A stretch of DNA of 64,000 bases from a virus. The position numbers were made by a program, and so were the translations under genes. Positions 49,740 through 56,981 of this stretch are shown here, in pieces; the first letter of the stretch is position 1; every line of letters begins with the position of its first letter. The stretch lies in IMG/VR virus record IMGVR_UViG_3300012665_000356, positions 1 through 64,000 of that record; one strand, 5' to 3'. The notes under the pieces were generated by a model, which did not search any database, was not told the DNA's origin, and saw only the letters and a list, made by a program, of their open reading frames with translations.

Positions 49740-50539
49740 GGAATAAAATTTGAAGCAATCATTTTGTGATATTCTTCATTATAGTGTTCATTGTCTGGTA
49801 AGAAAAATTTACTATGATCTATAAATTTTTTCTTAAAATACGACTCTACAGTTAACGATGAAATTTTAGTTGATTTTAATTTTGAATAGAAATCTAATTT
49901 AGTTGGAAATTTAACACGATCGGTCATATTAAACAAATATAATTTACACCCGTGTTCTTGACACATTGAGTCCATTACTAAAATATCTTTAAAAAATTCT
50001 CTTTGTTCTAAATGTGTGTTTAGTTCAAAAAATAATTTTATATCCATGTAACAGTCTTTTCGAAGATCTGGAGTTACAAGACCATTTTGATAGTTAAAAT
50101 TAATATCGGCTACTTTACCAAAATCTTCAAACGTAGGTTTATTTAATAATTGAAATCTATCTTCTTTAAAAATACAATCTTGATATATGTCAACTAACCC
50201 GTGTTTATTTTTATGAAATTCGGTAAAGTAATCAGCTGGAATAACTTCTGGTGATAAAGTTTCGTTGAATGCTAGTATAAATCTATTCCAGCTAGCTAGT
50301 AAAACAAATACTTCGTCGGTGTCTGGATGTTTATCTAACATGGCTCTAAGCCAATCAGGATAGATTTTATTTGCGGCACCGGGTATTGCGTATACTGAAA
50401 CGTTCTTATTGTTTTCTTTTGCGTAAAATTCTGCGTAATTATTGTCATTCCATAAGGAATAACTGCCAGGCCCTAATTTTCCAGGCTCAGTGATATACCC
50501 GCAGGTATGACTGTCACCTAAAAATACTGCTCTACTCAT
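49721..50539 (-). CDS. SGNH/GDSL-like hydrolase or acyltransferase
   Basis: VFLGDSHT, PGAAN, C-terminal PDNEHY (DxxH). Confidence 0.65.
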   Translation of the reverse strand: MSRAVFLGDSHTCGYITEPGKLGPGSYSLWNDNNYAEFYAKENNKNVSVYAIPGAANKIYPDWLRAMLDKHPDTDEVFVLLASWNRFILAFNETLSPEVIPADYFTEFHKNKHGLVDIYQDCIFKEDRFQLLNKPTFEDFGKVADINFNYQNGLVTPDLRKDCYMDIKLFFELNTHLEQREFFKDILVMDSMCQEHGCKLYLFNMTDRVKFPTKLDFYSKLKSTKISSLTVESYFKKKFIDHSKFFLPDNEHYNEEYHKMIASNFIPWLKQS

Positions 50540-50730
50540 AGCGCCTCGCTTATTAACAATCTACACATAAACGCATCTTTTTCGTTTTTAAACACAAATC
50601 TCATATAGTCTTCGTGAGGATGAGAATCATACCGATCGCCTGGCAAACCAAATTGCTCAATTATTTTGTAGCATATTTCATTCCACCACTTGCTAGATTG
50701 ATTTTCCCAAGCAACATCTATTGTATTCAT
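50536..50730 (-). CDS. Hypothetical protein
   Basis: 64 aa, ATGA coupled; FGLPGDRY. Confidence 0.6.
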   Translation of the reverse strand: MNTIDVAWENQSSKWWNEICYKIIEQFGLPGDRYDSHPHEDYMRFVFKNEKDAFMCRLLISEAL

Positions 50731-50915
50731 TCTAGTACCGATCTAAAACGTTGTAAAAAACTTTCTAGGTAACAACTATATTCTCTGTTTGAATCTTCCG
50801 GAGCTTTTTCTTTAATGTAATGAACCCATGTGTGACCTTCAATTTCTACTACATGTATAACATGAAACATGTCGCCGTTGTTTCCTGTCCATCTTGAACC
50901 TTCTTTTACAATCAT
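50727..50915 (-). CDS. Hypothetical protein
   Basis: 62 aa, coupled to the next gene. Confidence 0.6.
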   Translation of the reverse strand: MIVKEGSRWTGNNGDMFHVIHVVEIEGHTWVHYIKEKAPEDSNREYSCYLESFLQRFRSVLE

Positions 50916-50917
50916 TT

Positions 50918-51304
50918 TCAGCCCTTTCTATAGTTTCCTTTTCCGGGAATAGTATTCCTTACACCCCCTACAGGATCTTCAACATCGCCCTTGCGTCTTG
51001 GAATTAAATGTATATGCGGATACATTACTGTTTGACCAGCAGCTTCGCCCCAATTAAGACCAATATTAAATCCGTCCCACTCACCTTTTTCCATCATTTC
51101 TTTTCCGTGTTTAAAAGCATCAGCAAAACAATCTTCAATAACGCCGTCGGCAGCATATTGGGGAACAAACAATAGATGCCCCGGAGTACACGGATATTTG
51201 TCTTCAAAAATTACAACATGAAAGTCTTCTTGTACTTTTTCAGTCCACGGAGCAACTCCAACTTCTGCGGCATCTTGTAAAGTATAATACTGCTTATTGC
51301 TCAT
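50918..51304 (-). CDS. HIT family nucleotide hydrolase
   Basis: DKYPCTPGHLLFVP; FNIGLNWGEAAGQTVMYPHIHLIPRR (triad variant YxHxH). Confidence 0.9.
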   Translation of the reverse strand: MSNKQYYTLQDAAEVGVAPWTEKVQEDFHVVIFEDKYPCTPGHLLFVPQYAADGVIEDCFADAFKHGKEMMEKGEWDGFNIGLNWGEAAGQTVMYPHIHLIPRRKGDVEDPVGGVRNTIPGKGNYRKG

Positions 51305-51537
51305 CTAGAAAATTCCTTACGTTCTTGCGGTAGGTCGTCTTCTTTAATAACAAATTCTCGTCCTACCATATTACCAACAAATACTTTGGTATTTTCTTTA
51401 TATACCATTCTTAGTTTTACAGTCTGAACAGCAACTTCTAAAAACGCTCTTGGTTTAAATCCAAGAACATGAACTTCTAGATCTTTTCCGTTATCTGTAC
51501 AACGTATTTTTATTTTTGAGTCAATCATTTTGCCCAC
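51301..51537 (-). CDS. Hypothetical protein
   Basis: 78 aa, coupled to both neighbours. Confidence 0.6.
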   Translation of the reverse strand: MGKMIDSKIKIRCTDNGKDLEVHVLGFKPRAFLEVAVQTVKLRMVYKENTKVFVGNMVGREFVIKEDDLPQERKEFSR

Positions 51538-52025
51538 CAGTCTTCATAAGGGAAATCAATCCATATATCTCGTTCTGCTTTGTTAATCTCTTCACCGACA
51601 AAATCCATTTTAACATTACATTTGCTAGCCATGTTATCAAACAATACCGCAAATTTAACATTGATATTCCAAACATCGTCTTTCCATACTTCATAATGAG
51701 GATGACACCCGCTAGGCCAATCTTGCATAATCCAATTCAGTGTGGCACCTGTATCGTTGATATCGTCAACTATAAGAATGTTTTTACCTTTAAACGCATC
51801 TTCAGCCATCCAGAGATTGCTTTCTTGCTCACTGCCATCACGCAACTGAACCTTTAGTGTTTCACAAGGAACTTCGAAATAGTAACTGATCATCTTAGCA
51901 GGAAGCAATCCGCCTCTTGTGATTCCTACAACGTAATCAGGTCGCCACCCGCTGATAGCTATGTCTCGACACAGTTTACTAATTAAATTTTGATACTGCG
52001 GCCAACTTACGCTATGCTTTTCCAC
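51525..52025 (-). CDS. Type I purine phosphoribosyltransferase (Gpt/Hpt-like)
   Basis: VVGITRGGLLPA; ILIVDDINDTGAT PRPP-binding loop; WIDFPYE. Confidence 0.9.
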   Translation of the reverse strand: MEKHSVSWPQYQNLISKLCRDIAISGWRPDYVVGITRGGLLPAKMISYYFEVPCETLKVQLRDGSEQESNLWMAEDAFKGKNILIVDDINDTGATLNWIMQDWPSGCHPHYEVWKDDVWNINVKFAVLFDNMASKCNVKMDFVGEEINKAERDIWIDFPYEDWWAK

Positions 52026-52485
52026 TGGTTAATTTCCTTGAGGCAATGTAATTTTCATGTTGGACCCAAATATTGTTAACTAAGAAACCCCAGTCTCGTT
52101 TATGCGGTCCTGGCATAAACAATGTCCAAGCAGTAACACCGTTTTTTAATTCAATGCGATGATAAGAAGTAGGAGAACAAATGCGGAAATGTCCGGGCCC
52201 GCGCCAGTGACGAATCTCGTCAACTTTAATACCGTCTGAATCAAATTTTGGAACCCATTCATAGTATCCACCTTTTAAAATTAATGTAGCATAGGGCCAA
52301 GGATGATCATGTACATCATCTGGGTCACCTTTAAGAAACTTATGCAAAAATACATTAAATGGAAAATGTTTACGTTCTTTTAAGAATAGGTAATAGCGTT
52401 CCAAATACGGCTCGTTGCTTTCACGATCCATAATAATACGTTTGCGGTCAACACGATCTAACCAGTTGAGAAATTGTTGAATCAT
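52012..52485 (-). CDS. Cupin-like metal-binding protein
   Basis: LHKF...HDHPW....ILKGGYYE...HRIEL...WTLF; start reassigned to ATG 52485 (MIQQF). Confidence 0.6.
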   Translation of the reverse strand: MIQQFLNWLDRVDRKRIIMDRESNEPYLERYYLFLKERKHFPFNVFLHKFLKGDPDDVHDHPWPYATLILKGGYYEWVPKFDSDGIKVDEIRHWRGPGHFRICSPTSYHRIELKNGVTAWTLFMPGPHKRDWGFLVNNIWVQHENYIASRKLTSGKA

Positions 52486-52492
52486 TATATTC

Positions 52493-52717
52493 TCATTTCT
52501 TGTTTTTTGGAGGCTCTTCAGTGGCAACTGGTCTTCCTTCTTGATCATAATGAATATATGTGTCAATATATCGAACCATTCTTACAGGAACCCAATGCGT
52601 TCTTAAAATTTTGTTAATAATAATTGCGGTAGCAACAATTAATAGTACAGCCAAGCAGCCAACTACTACACCGCCAAGAATTGAAAACGAAGTTATAATT
52701 GCTGAACACTCTTCCAT
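52493..52717 (-). CDS. Small membrane protein
   Basis: One hydrophobic helix (ILGGVVVGCLAVLLIVATAIII); SD AAGGA. Confidence 0.6.
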   Translation of the reverse strand: MEECSAIITSFSILGGVVVGCLAVLLIVATAIIINKILRTHWVPVRMVRYIDTYIHYDQEGRPVATEEPPKNKK

Positions 52718-52726
52718 ATCTTTCCT

Positions 52727-52930
52727 TTAGTCTTTAAAATATTTTTCTAATACTTCTACTTTATCCATGTATTCTGCGATCTGAGAAACTTCTTTTTCGA
52801 TAGCATCCATAATATCCGAATGATCGTGAATTGCCATTGGATTATTTAAAATAACTTCAACGTTAATTTTATGTTTTTCAATGTGTGCTAGATAATGTTG
52901 TTTACTAGCTTCAATTAGTTTTTTTCTCAT
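52727..52930 (-). CDS. Hypothetical protein
   Basis: 67 aa, ATGA coupled to folE. Confidence 0.65.
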   Translation of the reverse strand: MRKKLIEASKQHYLAHIEKHKINVEVILNNPMAIHDHSDIMDAIEKEVSQIAEYMDKVEVLEKYFKD

Positions 52931-53751
52931 CTTGGGGCAAACTCCTGTTGTAATTTAATATTATCAAAGAATTCTTTCTTTGTATTTCCGTCTTCTTTAA
53001 ACGCACCTTTTAACACGGTAGTCTGTGTAAGACTAGAGTGTGCCATGATGCCACGATTTTCACAACACCCATGTGTTGCTTGAATATAGACTGCTACATT
53101 TTCTGAGTCAGTTGCTTTGCTAATCTCGCGGGCGATGTCGTTACAAAGTTCCTCCTGGAGAGTACCTCGACGGGCACACCACTGTGCGATACGTGTGTAC
53201 TTTGAGAGTCCGATGAGCTTCTGTGCGGCAATAATGCCAATATAAGCAACGCCAGCAACGGGTTGGTGATGATGACTACACATGCTACGCAACTCACTAC
53301 GAACAACCAACATGCCTTCATAACGGTCTTCCGAGTCATTTGGAAATGCTGTTGCGGTTGGTGCTGGGTCATATCTGCCTTCCATTATCTCATTAAAATA
53401 CATTTTAGCAAGTCTACGTGCTGTACCTTGACTGTTGGGATCGTTTTCACGATCAATGAGCAATCGATCAAGCACTGTTTCAAACGCTTCTGTTGCCTCA
53501 TCGATTAGGCGTTCTTTATCGCCATCGTGTAAATAGTCACTGATATTATCACCTGCCCAAAAACGTTTCTTATCACGTTTCATTCTAGCACGAATATTAG
53601 CACCTAAATACCCTTCTGAATATCCTTTGTCAGACATCATGTCTGCGGCTTTGACATATACTTCTTTGCCTAATGGTGTATATTTTTCTTCAACAAACTC
53701 TTGATCAATAGGAGTGTTCATTAGTGGATCTGGTTTAAATTCTTTTGTCAA
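52927..53751 (-). CDS. folE: GTP cyclohydrolase I FolE
   Basis: TARRLAKMY, SMCSHH, IGLSK..RI, LQE, HGC...RG, KEF; TTG start with SD GGAG. Confidence 0.93.
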   Translation of the reverse strand: MTKEFKPDPLMNTPIDQEFVEEKYTPLGKEVYVKAADMMSDKGYSEGYLGANIRARMKRDKKRFWAGDNISDYLHDGDKERLIDEATEAFETVLDRLLIDRENDPNSQGTARRLAKMYFNEIMEGRYDPAPTATAFPNDSEDRYEGMLVVRSELRSMCSHHHQPVAGVAYIGIIAAQKLIGLSKYTRIAQWCARRGTLQEELCNDIAREISKATDSENVAVYIQATHGCCENRGIMAHSSLTQTTVLKGAFKEDGNTKKEFFDNIKLQQEFAPR

Positions 53752-53792
53752 TTATAATTCTCCGAGTTAACGACGTGGATGTCATATATGTA

Positions 53793-54854
53793 TTATTTTA
53801 ACATCTTTAATAGTTGATCGCAACTAAAAAAGTTTTGAGTTAACAGCTCTACCTGTTTATTTAGGCTTGGTAAGAATTTTTCATAATTCTCCATATATTG
53901 GATAATTTTATGGCATACTTCTTTTCTATGAACTTCGTATGATTCAAAACTTTCAGTCCATTCTGAAGGATACTTAAATGTATCCAATGCCATTTCTGAA
54001 TAGCTAAGTCTATCCGGAATCATTGGAATAGCATCCACTAACGCACCTTCATACCAGCTAATGCCTAATGTTTCTTGTAGATTGGCACTAAACACTAGTT
54101 TAGCCTCGCCTAGCATATTATGATATTCGTTCTTTGTCAACGGATATTCCTGACAAACTTTAAATTCATATTGTGGAAGATGTTTTTTAAGATCTTCAAA
54201 AATAGGCAGTTGCTTTTCAGGAGCGATACGATGCGGAAACAAGATAAGATCACGCTTAGGCATGTTCTTATACATCATTAGAGTATCGGCCATATATTCC
54301 ATAGGCCACCCTGTACGTACTACTTTGCCATCAAAATCAGCGCCAGCAATTACTTTTGTATCAAACAAGTTCTTAAAGAACATTTCGATATGAAAGTCTG
54401 TGGCAAAGTAGTTATGATCAAATGCTTCATAAAAACTTTTCTCAGCATGTCTAACCCAAGGTTTAGCACCAACAAGACGTCCTAAAAAATCTTGAGGATC
54501 ATAACTGCCAGCATGCCATAAACCGTGTGTTGTTACAGGAATCTGTAACAGCTCACTCATATACTTTAAATTTATAATGCCCGGGTGCCAAGCATCAGTA
54601 AAAATAAAGTGATCGCCGGGATGAACGGCTCCGTTACAAAATAGCCTGCCCATCTGCTCAACTTGAGAAGACTTGTATATATTGGTGCCACCAAAATTAA
54701 GAAAAGCACCAGGAGTAGTGGCTGAAGGAATATCCTCAGGGCCAGAGATAATTTGAACATCGTGACCTTTCTTTCTTAATAAGGTAGGCAAGTGGGTTTT
54801 CCACTGGCCTGTGTACCTTGTTTCAACAGCTTCTAGATCAACTAGAAATATCAT
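53793..54854 (-). CDS. Glycosyltransferase, GT-B fold (GT4-like), inside the deazaguanine cluster
   Basis: ILFPHRIAPEKQ and ANLQETLGISWYEG (E-x7-E) followed by PDRLSYSEM, the nucleotide-sugar-binding motifs of retaining GT-B enzymes. Confidence 0.75.
   Translation of the reverse strand: MIFLVDLEAVETRYTGQWKTHLPTLLRKKGHDVQIISGPEDIPSATTPGAFLNFGGTNIYKSSQVEQMGRLFCNGAVHPGDHFIFTDAWHPGIINLKYMSELLQIPVTTHGLWHAGSYDPQDFLGRLVGAKPWVRHAEKSFYEAFDHNYFATDFHIEMFFKNLFDTKVIAGADFDGKVVRTGWPMEYMADTLMMYKNMPKRDLILFPHRIAPEKQLPIFEDLKKHLPQYEFKVCQEYPLTKNEYHNMLGEAKLVFSANLQETLGISWYEGALVDAIPMIPDRLSYSEMALDTFKYPSEWTESFESYEVHRKEVCHKIIQYMENYEKFLPSLNKQVELLTQNFFSCDQLLKMLK
53795..53823 (-). promoter_or_regulatory. Putative sigma70 promoter for folE
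   Basis: TTGCGA (53823-53818), 17 bp, TAAAAT (53800-53795), with an extended -10 TGn. Confidence 0.5.
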
Positions 54855-55096
54855 TGGTTGCGAGACCGATAATTAGTTTGCCCTCTTGGCCGATTATTTT
54901 GCCATTGGCGTTTAGGCCTTTGACTATCTAAGAAAGCACGATAGTTATCGTTATCTTTCCTGTAGAGGTGCGCCGGATCAAACGGGCGTAATTCAAATCG
55001 ACAAAAGTCGAGGTATGTGTCAAGGTCGTTCCAGACCTTAACAACGTCAGGACGGTTTTCAAAGTACCGATAGTCCTTGTAGTTTTTGCTCATCAT
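54851..55096 (-). CDS. Hypothetical protein
   Basis: 81 aa; SD GAGGA; ATGA coupled to the GT-B gene. Confidence 0.65.
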   Translation of the reverse strand: MMSKNYKDYRYFENRPDVVKVWNDLDTYLDFCRFELRPFDPAHLYRKDNDNYRAFLDSQRPKRQWQNNRPRGQTNYRSRNQ

Positions 55097-55102
55097 TTCC
55101 TC

Positions 55103-55498
55103 TTAATATTTGATGAATGAACCATTTTCTCCGTCTTCGGAGACCTCAATCCAAACCTCACGGTCTGGATACTTTAGTGTGATAATGTTATACAAATCGT
55201 CTGACATCATCTCACAACTTTTGTAGTCAAGGCTCAAAACGGAACCTTGACCATTATACAACGACTCGAGCCATCGCTTGAACTGGATGAATTCGATGTC
55301 CCTGTCATTATGGAGCACATTGATCCACACCCTGAAATGAAAGATGTGGCGATGAGGGTTAGACAAAAACGATACATCGTATTCGTCTCCTGTAGCTAGT
55401 GTTGGATCTGTTGCGGCTGCTGGATAGCAGTGAATGCCTTCTTTACGGAAAGTAACCCAGATCATTTTATTAGGTCTGACGTCTTGACGAATAATCAT
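55103..55498 (-). CDS. QueD-like T-fold protein with LxxxHRHxF motif (DpdL-like)
   Basis: GIH...FLSNPHRHIFHF...SCEMM...VSED. QueD architecture, but HRH replaces CxxxHGH. Confidence 0.75.
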   Translation of the reverse strand: MIIRQDVRPNKMIWVTFRKEGIHCYPAAATDPTLATGDEYDVSFLSNPHRHIFHFRVWINVLHNDRDIEFIQFKRWLESLYNGQGSVLSLDYKSCEMMSDDLYNIITLKYPDREVWIEVSEDGENGSFIKY

Positions 55499-55722
55499 AC
55501 TGACATCAACCCTTCACACAGTGTTTTAATTTCGTCTCTAGTCATATGAAAGTTATAAGTGCTAGAAGAAGAAACTTCGCCTTTGTCGTCTAGGCTTTCT
55601 TGAATAATGTCTATGGCCAATAATTCTTTAGGTCGAAGACATTGCCAAGATTCTACACGAACTCTGTAGGCTGAGTTTTCTTTAATAGTAATGTTTTTAA
55701 TATTTAGATCAGGATGTTTCAT
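55495..55722 (-). CDS. Hypothetical protein
   Basis: 75 aa, ATGA coupled on both sides. Confidence 0.6.
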   Translation of the reverse strand: MKHPDLNIKNITIKENSAYRVRVESWQCLRPKELLAIDIIQESLDDKGEVSSSSTYNFHMTRDEIKTLCEGLMSV

Positions 55723-56078
55723 CGTAGACTTTCCATAGTGATAATTTTACCTATTTCGGCTCCAAGTTCTTTATCGTCAGTGATAACATACATATTATTA
55801 ACACTTTCGTCTTTTCGACGATCGTAACTACGTGTTTCGATAACAAAACCGCCAGAAGCACGATATACTTGTAGTCGCATGCCTTCACTGCTTAGTCGAT
55901 CAGTTTCGATAGTTTGGGGAATGTCTTGTTCGTAATCGTCGGACATTATCCAATTGCGGATTCGCTGTTTTAATGATATTTTCATTGATACTTTCCTAAT
56001 TTTGCGAGCAGGTCTAATAGCACCTACACTTCTGCGTTGTTTAGAACTGACAACGTTAGCATATCCCATTGTACCCAT
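55719..56078 (-). CDS. Hypothetical protein
   Basis: Start reassigned to 56078 (TAATG coupling); VYRASGGFVIETRSYD motif. Confidence 0.6.
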   Translation of the reverse strand: MGTMGYANVVSSKQRRSVGAIRPARKIRKVSMKISLKQRIRNWIMSDDYEQDIPQTIETDRLSSEGMRLQVYRASGGFVIETRSYDRRKDESVNNMYVITDDKELGAEIGKIITMESLR

Positions 56079-56611
56079 TATTTTATAATCTCGTCTTTGC
56101 CATATTGATCCCAATTGGTAAACTTATCTCTACCAAGTAGGTCCTGTAGGTTATGGCACCAAACCCCAGGATTGGTTGCGTTAAAATCTTTGTCGTCGAT
56201 CTTTAACGTAGCGTTATACCCTAGTTGATTTAGATAAGGTAATTTTACACTAATCTGCGGAATAAATCTACGTTTTTCGGTAAGACCGCTTTCTAGCAAT
56301 CCTTCTGTTTCACTGACATCAAAGTCTAGTGTACACCAAAAACCATCTTCAGCATCTAGACAGACATAGATCATATCTTCCCACGGCCGCCACGTTTCGG
56401 AATCATTTATCCCTTTGGTCTTAAAACTTTGATTAGCACCAAAATAGATATGTTTACAATGATAATTGCGAGCAAGTTCCATAATTATATACGGATCATG
56501 AACTCCAACTACAAACAAAGTTTTCATACCATAGGCAGGCGTGTGTTCAATTTCAATACCTGTGAAAAAAGTAATAGCGTCAGTTTCGCCTGATTGATAA
56601 TTTCGTTTCAT
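56078..56611 (-). CDS. Hypothetical protein in the deazaguanine cluster
   Basis: 177 aa; GIEIEHTPAYG.KTLFV, HIYFGANQSF, KIDD.DF..TNPGVW motifs look enzyme-like. Confidence 0.7.
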   Translation of the reverse strand: MKRNYQSGETDAITFFTGIEIEHTPAYGMKTLFVVGVHDPYIIMELARNYHCKHIYFGANQSFKTKGINDSETWRPWEDMIYVCLDAEDGFWCTLDFDVSETEGLLESGLTEKRRFIPQISVKLPYLNQLGYNATLKIDDKDFNATNPGVWCHNLQDLLGRDKFTNWDQYGKDEIIK

Positions 56612-56775
56612 CGCTTGAACCAGTTTTTAATGGAGTTAAACAAATTATAATATCTTGCTTTATAATTGTCAAGTAGTATTTGATCCAAAGCAGACGGATG
56701 GTGAGGGCATCGGCCTTGATTATAATCGCAAGCGGGAGTATATACATCGCCGCAGGTTTTACAGTTTTTTACCAT
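56608..56775 (-). CDS. Small Cys-rich (possible zinc-binding) protein, 55 aa, not in the ORF track
   Basis: MVKNCKTCGDVYTPACDYNQGRCPHHPSALDQILLDNYKARYYNLFNSIKNWFKR; fills the gap exactly, and its TGA overlaps the next ATG (ATGA). Confidence 0.65.
   Translation of the reverse strand: MVKNCKTCGDVYTPACDYNQGRCPHHPSALDQILLDNYKARYYNLFNSIKNWFKR
56644..56672 (-). promoter_or_regulatory. Perfect sigma70 consensus promoter
   Basis: TTGACA (56672-56667), 17 bp, TATAAT (56649-56644), upstream of the 56611 gene. Confidence 0.75.
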
Positions 56776-56981
56776 GTGCTTACATCAGTGATATCAACGA
56801 CGGTGTCGATGTCTTTATCGTTATCGTTGAAAAGGTTGAACTTGACAGTGACCGAAGGGCCAATGCCGCTTGTGTGAGCTGATTCAAGAGTAAACCATTC
56901 TACTTCTTTAAATTGTGTTGCTATCTTAGTAAGTTTTTCAATCTGAGATCTATTAAGGCAAAAGTGATTTGGGTCATACAT
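56769..56981 (-). CDS. Hypothetical protein
   Basis: Start at 56981 (MYDPN) after GGAGG; SGIGP and DITDVSTW motifs. Confidence 0.65.
   Translation of the reverse strand: MYDPNHFCLNRSQIEKLTKIATQFKEVEWFTLESAHTSGIGPSVTVKFNLFNDNDKDIDTVVDITDVSTW

Noticed and set aside
53755-53792. preQ1-type riboswitch in the folE leader
   Set aside because: Only a weak 4-5 bp stem (UGAC-AUCCAC-GUCG); no preQ1-I consensus loop or A-rich tail
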